Origin: Lama guanicoe
Lineage: Eukaryota
NCBI GenBank assembly: GCA_013239625.1
Contig: MU054662.1
Location: 11,583,798-11,647,797, forward strand
Direction: 5' to 3'
DNA: 64,000 nucleotides
Both the position numbers and the translations under genes were made by a program. The notes under the pieces are model-generated. The model had not been told where the DNA came from, did not search any database, and saw only the letters and a list, made by a program, of their open reading frames with translations. Each line of letters begins with the position of its first letter. The first letter of the stretch is position 1. This document shows, one piece after another, positions 13,523-24,800 of the stretch.

Positions 13523-15809
13523 CTAACAAAGAGCATGAGAAGGCATGGAGTTAACACGCTGAGCTGCAGCTGGGAGGACCCCCTGGAGAAGGGCCGGGGT
13601 CCTGGGCACTTTTCTTCCTCCTGGACTTGACCCAGCCCCAGGACACAGGACCAGTGTCACCTGGCCCAACTTCCCTAAACACCGACCTCGCCCCACCTAG
13701 CGTGGCCCTTACTCATGGGGCAAAGAGAGGAGCAGCCAGCCTCAGCTGGGCTTCTGGGGAAAAGAGCCTTCCTGTATGGGAGGAGCTTCATTCTGCTTCA
13801 CAGACGAATGAACTCAGGCAGGGACAGGGGACAACTCAGTAGGCTTTGAAGGCACATGTTTTGGAGCCTCTGGTAATTGTGCTCTGTTGTGACATCCTTG
13901 GTGACATGGATGTGTGTCCAAAAGCTCCTGGGTCTACACGTCCGGTTCCGGTCCACTTGCTGTAATTCTGGGTGTCTGCGGGGACTCCACTTGTAGTACT
14001 GTAGTTGCCTCCAGCTCAGCCAGGCCCAGCTCCACATGGGTCCTCCATGGGCTGGTTTGATCTTCATTTGGTGACACTACCGCATTCCAGTCTGGGACCG
14101 ACACCCCAGTACCATGGAACATTGGAGCATCTGCATCACTCTTTCTAACCCGGGGCTAAGCCTTACCCTCCATCAGGACAACCTATGATCTTAAATGTCT
14201 CCATCCCACTCTCACCACCCCAGTCCCCCTCTCACAGGCCCAGGCCTTGTGGTTTCCTGTAAGACTTAGTGCCCAGCCTCCAGAACAATCCGTCTGAAGT
14301 AAGACCTGGGTTTTTCTTTTTCACAGTCCTGAAGTTCAACCTGCACTTACTACTGAGTTTCTCCACCCCAGCTGTACATCTGCCTGACCTGTGCAGACTT
14401 CAGATCACAGACGGCCACGGCCTCCCCCTGAGATTCTGAGGTAGGACATCTGAGGGGCCTGGGCCTGCGTGGAAGCTTCCAGGGGACCTGAGGGGACAGC
14501 GGGCGTAGAGAGCCTCCAGATGCTATTTTAGCCTTCATGCACCTTTGACTGGCCTGGAAATGCTGCTACACTCAGCCTGACTCTGTCTGGGAGAATCAGT
14601 GCCCCTCAAACCTCCCCTCAAATCGGCACCATCTCAGTCCTCCAGCCCCTGCTCAGCCCTGACTCCCTGAGAAGCTTCTGACAAGTCCAGGCTTCTCCTG
14701 GCTCCGGATGCCCTGTAAGTCTGGGGTCTGTGCCTCACAGGTTGAGCTTTAATGGCTTTGTGAAAGGGGTCCACGTGTTCCTGAGAACAAAGAACACGCT
14801 ATTTATGTCATTATAATACCCATTACAGTTCTAGCCACACAATAGGCACTAAAAACACACTTATTGATCGAGATGGCTGACTCTGTCCATGTCTGCCTCG
14901 TACTTTATATTCATCCCATCCCCTTTCTCTCTCTCTCTCTCATTCTCTCGCTCCCCACCCCCCTGTGAATACTTCTCTCGTATGCCAGGCAGACTCTCCC
15001 AATTTCAGCGCGAAGTTTCTAGAGCCTCGTGCCATTACTGATTCTCCTTGTCTTGCAAAACTGCAGAGCCTCCAGATTCCCTCATTAGCACCATCCCAGC
15101 GCCAGCGCCTCTGCGCTTGGGTGAGTCTCTGAAAGCGCTGCTTGTCAGTTGCTGCCTGCCAACACTTCCTGGAGATGGAAGGGATGGTGGGGAGAAGACT
15201 GCCACTGATCCCCTCCCTTCGGGTCTCTGCCTCTGAGTTAACGCCTGTGCTTTCCAGCAGGCTCTGGGGTGGGAGGTGCCGGGGTGGGGGGGCGGGGGCT
15301 GCTTCCCAGGAAGGTTCTGTCAGGCAGCTGCCACAGCTCCAGGGGAAGGTGGGCAACTCTTCTCAGAAAGAATGCACACTAGAATCAGATTCAGAAATCT
15401 TACCTCTGCCGTGGGCTGAACGTTGGCTGGAAAGACATTGGAGGTTTGGCTCTGACACTTGCTTTGGAAAACGCTTCCATTCTCCATACAGACAGGGCTC
15501 AGACGCCTCCAGGAGGAGTTTTATCCTAGGCCAGCCCCTCTGCAAAGCCCTCCCCCACCCCAACCGAACAAGTCTGGTTGGGATAGACATCCCCATCTCT
15601 TCATCTGGGAAGACAGGGTGGTTTCTCTCCTTGACTTTGCCAGGCTCTCCCAGCACAGGGTGAGCTGTCCTGGGTCGCTACGGGCTGCCCTGAAGCTCGG
15701 TGCCTCGCAGAGCCGGTTTATGCCTGTATCCCGGGAAAGCCGGCCCCAGGAGACCGCCCACCCCTCTGGGGCTGTGCTGCGGGGCCACAGCCGCTGCTCC
15801 GGCACTTAC

Positions 15810-15993
15810 CGTCGGGGGGGCACTCCTCCGTGCGGCATGACTGGTACTTGGTTCTCCGACCCAGGCAGTATCTCCCTCCATTCTGAGGCTCCGGGTTCTT
15901 GCACTCACGGTGTGAAAACTGCACCCCTCCTCCGCAGGTCCTTGAACATTCTCCCCAGGGTCCCCATGGGGCCCAGCCTCCGTCCACCACGAT
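15810..15993 (-). CDS. ADAMTS8: ADAMTS8 exon 6 (central TSP type-1 repeat), 184 nt
   Basis: [31 protein letters not shown]...CPPD(G); acceptor ttgcag|ATC; donor G|GTAAGT. Confidence 0.97.
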
Positions 15994-16180
15994 CTGCAAC
16001 ACACAAGGCCACACTGGGTCTGGAGCAGAGGGGAGGAGGCCTCAGCCTTGGTGTGACCTCACCTAGTTAACGCTCGTCCTGGTGCACAGAGTTCGGTAAA
16101 CTGCCCAAATCATTTGCACAATGACCACGTGGCCTGCGTGGTTGCAGCTTCGTGAACACAGAGGCTGCCCTGGCCTTGCC

Positions 16181-16228
16181 CGCTGCCGACCCCCTGCCCT
16201 CCCTCGCTGCTGACCCCCTGCCCTCCCT
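16181..16228. repeat. 24-bp tandem duplication, 2 copies, 1 mismatch
   Basis: cgctgccgaccccctgccctccct / cgctgctgaccccctgccctccct. Confidence 0.9.
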
Positions 16229-16304
16229 GTGCCTTGCCCTTTGCAAGGTGCTCAATAGTAGTTGTTGAATGAACACTTCGATGGGAATAAGGCTGGCTCC
16301 AATG

Positions 16305-16517
16305 CAGTGGTTCTCCATCAGGGCCACTTTTGTCCTCCGGGGACACTTGGCAATGTCTAGAGGCACTGTGGTTGTCACAACTAGGGAGGGTGTGTGCTGC
16401 TGGCCTCGCATGGGTAGAGGAGAGGGTGCTGCTAAACATCCAGCACAAACCAGACAGCCCCCGTACCCAGGACGTATGCAGCCTAAATGTCGCCAGTGCT
16501 GAGGCTGAGAAGTTCTG
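16305..16517. mobile_element. MER20 (hAT-Charlie MITE)
   Basis: CAGTGGTTCTC...ggggacacttggcaatgtctagaggc...gtgctgaggctgagaagttctg. Confidence 0.8.
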
Positions 16518-16781
16518 ATCTAAAGGAATAATCGCTGGGAGGTGTTGCTATGTCTACCAGCTACCAGTTCCAGTGGGAGGATGGTGCCCTGGAAACTGAG
16601 AGATGCTTCCAGTTTTACCACTGACCCTGAGAACAAGGCGTTGCCCTTGGTGGGTTCATGGAATTTTCAACATGAAAATAATTTTTAAAAAGTTACAGAA
16701 GTCATATGTGCTCATATGAAAAATGAAAAATACAGAGAAGCTTAAAAAATACCACTACCCCAAAATTTTTTTTAAAAAAGT

Positions 16782-16866
16782 GGGGTGGGTATAGCTCAGT
16801 AGTAGAGTGCATGCTTAGCATGCATGAGGTCCTACGTTCAATCCCCAGTACCTCTGTTAAAAAAAA
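16782..16866 (+). mobile_element. tRNA-Ala-derived SINE (camelid vic-1 type) with A tail
   Basis: GGGGTGGGTATAGCTCAGTAGTAGAGTGCATGCTTAGCATGCATGAGGTCCTACGTTCAATCCCCAGTACCTC closely follows tRNA-Ala(AGC) with A and B boxes; followed by a poly(A) and flanked by AAAATTTTTTTT(T)AAA..GT direct repeats. Confidence 0.8.
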
Positions 16867-16995
16867 TTTTTTTTTAAAGTACCGCTACCCAGATGAACCC
16901 ACTGACATGATTTTTATCAACATCCTTTTGTACCTTTGTGCTCTCTAATCATAAAGATGCCATGGTTTTATTTTACACAGATATGATTCTGTCAC

Positions 16996-17012
16996 ATATA
17001 TATATATATATA
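16996..17012. repeat. (TA)n microsatellite
   Basis: atatatatatatatata. Confidence 0.9.
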
Positions 17013-18053
17013 GTATTTTATGATCTATCTTTTCCCCTTAAAAGTAGGTGATAAACATCATCCTGTGATCATTTTATGTCCACCTTTCCCTGTGTTGAGC
17101 TTGGCTCTGGTGCTGGGGAGCATTAGCGGGGCCCCCTCTCAGCCTCCCCTCTCAGCAGAGTGTGAAGCACCTGCTGCAGGACAGGGCTGGCACCTGGAAG
17201 AGCAGCTGAGTGTCGGGATGGAGGGCTGGGAGTCACGTCCTGGCTTAGGCTCGGAAGGGGCTTATGCTTTACCTGGCCGCGTGGGCTCCTGGGCCTCAGT
17301 GCAAAGGATGTGCCACTAGGGACGGCCCTCCGGAGGGTGAGCGCTCAGGCCACCCTGGTGATTCACAGCTGGGCCAGGACCAGTGGGTGCTGTTTCAGAG
17401 ATGGCTCAGTGACTCACAGCAAGAGAAATGTGATCAGCCTCACAGTTTGGAAGTATTAAGAGCAGGGCAAAGACGCAAATCATTTACAAACTCTCACTGG
17501 CGTTGCTTTTGCTTCTCCTTGCAAGTTTACTCTGTCCTGGGCCAAGTGTTCTCTGCCTGGTCAGAGGTGATTCTGATTCCTCCTTCCCTCCTCCGTGAGT
17601 GAGGAGTCTCCACAGCTACTCTCATTCTCCTGACCTCTGGTTGTGAATTCAACTCGGGCACGGGCAGGAGAGGGCCACTTTCCCCTCAGTCCTTGACGGA
17701 CACTCCTCGTCTGCTGTTTATCATAGAATTCATACGGGTCTCCACAACTGGTCTCTTGTTGGGGTGTCTCACCCCATCACCAGCCTCCACAGGCTTCAAG
17801 CAACCCCACAGCTGCACCCCAAGTGCCAGGAGCACTTCCGGTGTCATCCGTCCGCTCTGAGTACAGCCTCAAGTAGCTCCTCTCGAGTTTGGATAAATAT
17901 GCTTTGCTTTGTCAAAAGATGAGCAATTTTACTTAGAAGTCTTAGTTGCACCTGGCCCGGAGTCTCTCAGTCCATGGCTTTCAAGTGTGGTTTCCTCCTT
18001 GGAAGCGGCCCTCCCTCCTGCCCTCTCCCCCACCCCCGAGTGGCCGCCCTCAC

Positions 18054-18355
18054 CTTGGGTTTCTCCACTTCCTCGGCGGGCAGGCAGCTGCCATCCCAGC
18101 AGAGGCGCCCGGGCCCGCAGGGCGTCCCGTCAGCCCAGGGCAGGCTGCCGTTCTTCGTGTGGCAGAGGAACTCGGTGCCGAACACGTGGCACCAGAGCTG
18201 GGCACAGATGTCCTGTGGGGAAGTGTTGGGGCAATGGCGGAAGCCCAGCCCAAAGATCTGCCTGCACTGCTCGTCCAGGCTATAGAGGGCCCTGCGGCCT
18301 GGGAGGTCTGTCGGGAGGGTCAGGGCCGAGGTGGGGGCATCCAGAAGACAGTCTC
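18054..18355 (-). CDS. ADAMTS8: ADAMTS8 exon 5 (disintegrin-like domain), 302 nt
   Basis: DCLLDAPT...YSLDEQCRQIFG...WADGTPCGPGRLCWDGSC...VEKPK; acceptor ctcag|GA; donor AAG|GTGAGG. Confidence 0.97.
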
Positions 18356-19209
18356 CTGAGGGTTGGAGGAAGCAGAGGAACAAGAGTAAGGGGCGGGTCC
18401 CCTCCTCCCACATCCCAGTCAGGGCTTCCTGGACCTTGATCTAAGAACTGTCAGTGCTCAATCATCTGTCTAAAGCTCATCCAGTTTTTGACCATCAGTA
18501 GTAGCAAGTTTTGTTTTTAAAGATTGAGTGTCTTTCGTTATCCAGAACATCTTATATGCATTCACTGTTTACCTAGGGAATACCGACTAACTGTAGCACT
18601 ATTCTACCTCATAGTATAAATGGGGATGTAAACGGGCTCTTAAAAATCATGGCATGAGAATGAAGCCAGAGTTCTAATGTTTGGAGAATCAATTACTTTT
18701 GTATCAAGAATCAAGAATCAGTCATGCTTTCACCATTTTGCTCAAGTCAGGTCGTCTTCACCAGGCATCTCTCCCCAGTCCTGGCGCCCACAGGGCCTGT
18801 CCCGCCTCCCTGCCATTTCCCTGGCATCCTATGGTCTGTCGCGCTAGTCAGAACGTCCCCTTCTGTCCTCTGCACCACACTCTTCCATTCCTTTGAGCTC
18901 TGCTGGAAGCCCCCTCCTCCAGACAGACCTTGTCAGACTACTTCCACCTGCTCTGGGGAATAATCTAAGCTGGCCCAGAACTCAGGCTGCTGGAAGCTGG
19001 GCCAAGAAAGCGCATGCCTTGTGGCAGGGATGTGATCCCCGTGGCCGGGGAGGGTGGCTGAAGGACACAGCCCGAGTCTCTCCAGCCCTCAATGTCTGCG
19101 ATGCTCTGTGAAGGGGTTTGGCCAGTGGCCGTGTTGGGAGGCTGGCCGGGCAGATCTCAGCTGCCAGCCGCTGACCCGGGAGAGGTGGGGAGAGAGCCTG
19201 GGGACCTAC

Positions 19210-19377
19210 CATGCCCACTGTCCAGGAGCTCGGTGAGGTACATGGCGCTGCAGGGGGACCAGGGCAGCGTCTTGTTCAGGTGGACGAAGAGGGGCGTCAT
19301 CATGTGGTGCTTGCCCAGGGGCCCGAAGAGCCGCACGCAGGGGTTGGAGTCGTCGTGGGGCATGCTGAGCACGTGCC
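19210..19377 (-). CDS. ADAMTS8: ADAMTS8 exon 4, 168 nt, second half of the zinc motif and Met-turn
   Basis: (G)HVLSMPHDDSNPCVRLFGPLGKHHMMTPLFVHLNKTLPWSPCSAMYLTELLDSGH(G); acceptor cctcccag|GG; donor G|GTAGGT. Confidence 0.97.
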
Positions 19378-19916
19378 CTGGGAGGACGGAACCTGCGGTC
19401 TGGCTGCCGCCGCCGCTCTGCGCCCTCCCGCCCGCTCCTCGTGGGAGCCCCGCCTGAGGGCGCTCAGAGGCTGTTCCAGGCCTTGCTCTGGGCCCTTCCC
19501 TCCCAGGGAGCTTTCTCAGGGTACGAGGAACACTGAGATCCCTTCATTTTTTGCCTCAACCTGTCCTGATTCGCATTCGCCTCGATGATTCACTCGCTAA
19601 CGCGGCACTTACGAATGACCTTCCAGAATCCTCACTGCTTAGCTTGGGCGCAGCCTCTCGGCTCTACCTGAGCACGCGTTCTGTGTTTTGGCATTTCCCC
19701 AGTGACCTCTGATGCTGGCCCCGGACACTGTGTTAATATGCTGGCCTTGTGCTCGGGGCAGGGCTAAGGGGAGACAGCACACGGCTGCTCTGCACCCTCG
19801 CTCTGTGGAATGAGGAGGGGGCTGGCCAGGTCCCCGGAAGCTGGGCTGGCTGGACTTGGGAGGGCAGGTTCCCTGACCCAGCCCAGCACGTGTGGGCATT
19901 GGCGGGTGAATCTTAC

Positions 19917-20052
19917 CGAGCTCGTGGGCCAGAGTGTAGGCTGCCTGCAGTCCCTCATCCTTGATCACAGAGCAGCTCTTGCTGGGGTCACAGATGGTGC
20001 CGATGTCTGCCACCCCCAGGGTGTCACACATGCCCCTCATCCCACAGAAGTT
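19917..20052 (-). CDS. ADAMTS8: ADAMTS8 exon 3, 136 nt, contains first half of the zinc motif (HEL-G)
   Basis: [45 protein letters not shown](G); acceptor gggcag|AAC; donor G|GTAAGA. Confidence 0.97.
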
Positions 20053-20718
20053 CTGCCCGGAGGACAGAGCGAGACGTGAGGACGGACACAGGACAGAAAC
20101 TCTCCCTACTCCTGCCCACCCCGAGTTGAAGGAAATGTTTTAAGCCAAATCCCTATTTCTTCAGAAAGGCCACTTCTCTTTCTATGTCAGCATGTCCTCC
20201 GGCTGCCTGGGGCTCGGAGAGCTTGCCAGGGCAGGCAGGAGAGCTGGTGAGTGGTGAAGGGCGAACCCCACAGCAGGCCAGCTGGGGCTTGACAGCAGGT
20301 GCTGCCCCTGGGTGGCTGCTCAGTGCCTTGGTTTCCCAAGCTGAAAAGTGGGGCTAAAACCACAGTACTCGCCTCTGGGTTGAACTACCATTACAAACGG
20401 ACCCCCCCACCTCCAGTTCCAACTCGCCTCTCACTGTGCAGTTTGAGCCCATTTCCTTGTTATGAGCTCAGCAGACAGCTGGTCACAAAGTTCTGGAAAA
20501 GAGCCCTCACGAGATTCCTCTCCTTCCCTTGCAAATACTTCACACTTGTCCTCATGACCTTCTCCTCCTCGTCCACACACCAGGCTCCTGGTGTCCAGCC
20601 AGGGCCAGCAGGGAGCCGGTCCCCCCCATCTGGGCAGCCCACAGCCCTCCCTCTGGCCCGCACCTGCCTCCCTCCCTCCTTCCCTCCCTCCCTCCCCGGT
20701 TTCCCGAGGCCCGCGGAC

Positions 20719-20958
20719 CAGTCTGGTGAGCAGGATGGCCGTGTCGAAGTGCTCCGGGTGCCGGTCACTGGGCTGGTTGAAATGCTGCTGCCAGCTGCAG
20801 AAGTTCCGCAGCGTGAGCCCCCCGTTGTCGGACACCATCGGGCCCCAGTACTCGTCTTCCACTATCAGCACTTTCACCACCATCAGGTTGATGGAGTTCC
20901 TGATGCTGGGGTGCTTGTAGACGCGGGCTGCCACCGACATCAGTGTCAGGATGTGATT
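20719..20958 (-). CDS. ADAMTS8: ADAMTS8 exon 2 (metalloprotease domain), 240 nt
   Basis: [36 protein letters not shown]...[11 protein letters not shown]; acceptor ccggcag|AAT; weak donor CTG|GTCCGC. Confidence 0.95.
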
Positions 20959-21249
20959 CTGCCGGCAGGGGGAGTGGAGAGTGAAGGGGAGGTCGCTCAG
21001 CCATGGCCCGCCCCGCCATCACCCGGAGCAATGCAGCCGCCTGTGGGCTGGGCTGGGCAGAGCATTGGTATAGAGCACCTCGAAGACCCACAAACCCCTG
21101 AGGCCCTGGCATCATTGCCCTTCATCGTACATATAAGAAATTCGCGGCCCAGTAGCTGGTCCACAGTTCCAGAGCTAATGAGTGTCCAGCCAGCGTGTGA
21201 GCCCAGAATGCCTGGCTCCACACCACAGCTTGTGCGTTTAACATCCTGA

Positions 21250-21435
21250 CCAGCCACATGTGGCCACGGACATCTAAACCCGTTAAAACTCAAGGAAATA
21301 AAACCACAGCTCCTCTGCCACACCGGCCACATTTCCAGGGTGTCACAGGCATCTATGGCTCATGGCTACTGTCCCGGGCCAAGCGGACGACATCTTTATT
21401 TCCATCATCACACAGAGTTCTACTGGGCTGCACTG
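21250..21435. mobile_element. MER3-like hAT MITE fragment
   Basis: gccacatgtggcc...gccacatttccagggtg...catcatcacacagagttctactgggctgcactg. Confidence 0.6.
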
Positions 21436-21679
21436 GTTATTTAGCCTTAGCGCTCACACCAGCTGTCTTCCTGCCAGTCCCCCGTCCCCACTCCGCTCTC
21501 TGCCCAGAAGCAGTTATCTGAGCATTCAAGGTTGGTAGAGTTCTCTCTTAGAATCCAGACGAGCCTTTCCCCAATGCCTGTTGGAGTAACCCCTACCCTT
21601 CAGGGTGGGAACCACTTTGCTCTGTCGCTCCTAACCACAGCTCCTCCATCCCAGTCACAGAACGCACCTACGACATCTC

Positions 21680-21840
21680 ATCAATTGCTCACAGTAACTC
21701 TGGGAAGCAGGGACTGTGATCCCCATTTCATGAGCGGGGAAGTGGAGGTTCACACACGTTAAATGACTTGTCTAAGGTCGCTCGGCTCTCAAAGCCAGGA
21801 GGCCAGCCCAGGCGCGTCTGTCTCCAAGGTCTACACTCTT
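21680..21840 (-). mobile_element. MIR SINE
   Basis: ccccatttcatgagcggggaagtggagg...aaatgacttgtctaaggtc. Confidence 0.6.
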
Positions 21841-24800
21841 CTCATGAACTTATGCTTGGCCCGTCGGCTTCTGCCTGGACAGCCCCGAAGGGTCTATTTC
21901 CCTCTGCTGGGGACGTGAGAGAATTGGGTGGGCCCAGTGGGACCCAGGCGCTCAGGCTCTCACTGCTTCCAGTCCCACCAAGCCCAGCTGAAGGAGTCCA
22001 CATCAGTGCTTGGTCTCTGTTCCATCCCTGGGCTGCCAGCTGCTCCAAGGCTTCGGGAGAGGCCAGACTGGGGCTCAGTCTCCTGCCTCGGGGACCTCTA
22101 GAAGCGAGTCTTCTTGGACGGTTTTGCAGAGCAGGAGATAAAGGGGGCAGAGGCATGCACGCCTTCCACCAGGATTGTGACCAGCTGAGCTGCCACTCAC
22201 CGCCCTGCTCCCTGTTCCCTAGGGCACCACCTCCTGCGATGGATGGTGGGAGTGGAAGGAGGGGAAAGGAGGCTGAAAGGCTAGAGAGGGACATTCCATG
22301 GGTTGAGGCCATGTGAGGGCATTCCAGATGAATCCCATTATTTGTGAATGGGATCTGTCTGTCCACCTCGCAGGCAACGAGCCAGATATTTTGTAAGCCC
22401 TACAAACGGGTTGGCAGGTTACTTAGCACGTCAAGCACTCAGGCTATGTTTAGGCTGATGTAAACATCTTATCAGCAAAGCTGAAACTTGGCACTGGCTC
22501 CTGGAGTTGGATTCCTGAGGGAAACAGGCAATCACGTCATTATGCAATGAGAGGTGAGGGCTGAGGAGTGGCAGCCTGCTGGGGCTGCTTCTCTAGGTCT
22601 CCACTGCTTCTGGGGTTCAAAGAGTCTCCCGGTCTCCTGCCCCAGGAAGGGCCAGGGCCCAGCCCCTGGAACGTCTAAGACCACCTGCAGCTCTCCTCGC
22701 AAGACGCCTTCCCTTTGAGTCCCGACGTCACAATCTCAGAGCAGGGAGATGTCTTACAAAGAAGGTGTGACGACCAGAGACGCCAGCCGCTCAGCAGTGG
22801 GCCCTGAAGGCGCGGCCTACGGAAGTGAAGACCTGAGGTTTAAGAAAGGCCCAGTTCCCAAGCCGCCCACTCAGACTGAGCAGAGACCATGCAGTGGGCA
22901 CGTCCCCAGTGAAAACCGAAGGCACACAGTGCGAACTGTGTCATGAAGGACAGCGTGGGGGTGCTTCCCAGCACGGAGGTTCTCGGAGGCTCCTCCTTTG
23001 AGCTCAGGGAGCTCACAGCATCTTCTCCAGACACGGAGTAACTGTCGGGCTGAGCCAGCGTGAGAGCCGTTTCCCTTCAAGGCAGTAAGTGGACAGGAGG
23101 ACAGTCGGAGGTGGTTCTGGCTACTTTTTCAGGAGATAGTTTCCATTGCAAGAGGGCTTCCAGGACGTGTGGCCCAGTGTTTCTCTGAAAGTCCCCTCCT
23201 CTTCTGTCTCACTGAGTTTCTGGGGACTGGAGCCCCACCATCCCCGCAGCAGCTCCTCTGAGGAGCAGTGGCAGGAGTTCCCTGGGGGAAGGACCTGCGC
23301 CTGGACAGGAGGGCGGCTGTGAGTCCATGAGCCCCCGCTTCTTGGCCCAGCTCCTGGGCCAGAAGGGCCGGCCTGACTTCCAGTCCCAGAGAGAGCAGGT
23401 CCAGAAGCCGGCTGGTCAAGGAGAAGGTCAGCTGGCTTGCTCCACCACCGGTGTCTATGTACAGCTCTGAGCGCCAGCCCAGTGCGGGCTACTGGCTGCC
23501 AGGGAGGGGGCCCCTGCACAGCAGAAAACCTCCCATGGCCACGGCGTCGGGAGGATCAGAGCCCATGGCCAGCCTGGTTGGGTCGTCACAACCCTGCTCT
23601 CGGATGACATGAGTTCTTGTGAGGGAAAGTTGGGCACTTTTCAGGGAGCCTCCTTCTCCATTGGTGCCCCCAGGACCTGAAGGAGAGAAAAAATGCCCAC
23701 CAGCTGGGCCGGGACATAGCGCTCTGATTCTCTGACATGCAAACAAGGCGATTCTTCGCCTGCAGCTCCTGCACAGCCCGGCCAGCCCTGGTAGGAGTCC
23801 GAGGGAGGCTGGGCCTGGGCCAGGCGTGCTCCCAGCAGTTCCTGCCCAGAACGTCTTCCCTCACGCTCTGCTCATCTGCTCTTCCCGCTGTGAGCCCAGT
23901 GCTTTCCTCGCTTTCCTCGCAGCGTGTCTGGGAGCAGCGGGGAGAGGAGGAGTGGTGACCTGGAAGCCCTGCCACCTCAGCAGCTTCCCCTTCTGGAAGG
24001 CTTGGCTCTGTGCTGGGGAGGAGGGGAGGGTGGGGGAGAAGCCAAGGAAGAGGAAAGGAGAGATGGAGAGGAGAGCCGGTCCTGCACGGATGTCCTTCAT
24101 CCCTCCTCATCCTCCCAGCGGCAGGGCCGCCTCTCCAGAGCACACCCTTGCCAGAAGCACAGGGAGTCCAGCTCACAGTCTGGGCTGAGCGAGCTGAAGG
24201 GCAGGCCGTGGCCATTGCTGGCTGGCTGTGATGGCGTGTCACCACCCTGTCCTCCTGCTCTGACAACTGCGTCACCCGAGACAACTCCAGCGTAGCTACG
24301 CTTTGTTGAGCATCTACCATGTGCCAGGCCCTGGGTAGGGCACTTTCCATGTTTCTCTGTCTCCTCCAGGCAATGCCAGGGCGTCAGTGTAACTGTTAGG
24401 CTGCTGAAGAAACTGAGGTTACAGGAACTGCTAGTTGTTCAAAGTCTCTGCTCTTCATTGTGGCACTGACTGCTACCCAGCTTTGCTGCTGCAAGGAAAG
24501 TCTCAGTGGAGCCAGACAAACCCAAGGCGTGTGTGCAAGCAATCGAGGCTGCCCTGACAATGTCTATCAACAGTTACTCCAGAATAGGCCTAGACCGGGG
24601 CTGTGCTGGGCGAGCTGGGCCATGTGGTCACTTTCATACTGGGGCTTGTGGGAGACGTTCTCCCCAGAGGGCAAGCGTAAGGGGGAGATGAAATGGCTGG
24701 GACTTAGCCCTTCCCTGAAACAACTTGCTGGTGGCCTGAATCTTGGGACTCCCCTGGTCTTCTCTGGGGACAATGAGTGCCGCTCCTTGGACCCTCCCTG

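Noticed and set aside
16782-16853. Functional tRNA-Ala(AGC) gene
   Set aside because: Extra 5' bases, stem mismatches, CpG decay, A tail and flanking direct repeats indicate a SINE/retrocopy
20299-21249. 316-aa plus-strand ORF
   Set aside because: Non-ATG start, antisense to ADAMTS8 exon 2 and low-complexity intron; no recognisable domain
23586-24350. 254-aa minus-strand ORF in ADAMTS8 intron 1
   Set aside because: Starts in a MIR fragment, composition typical of random GC-rich DNA, no homology recognised
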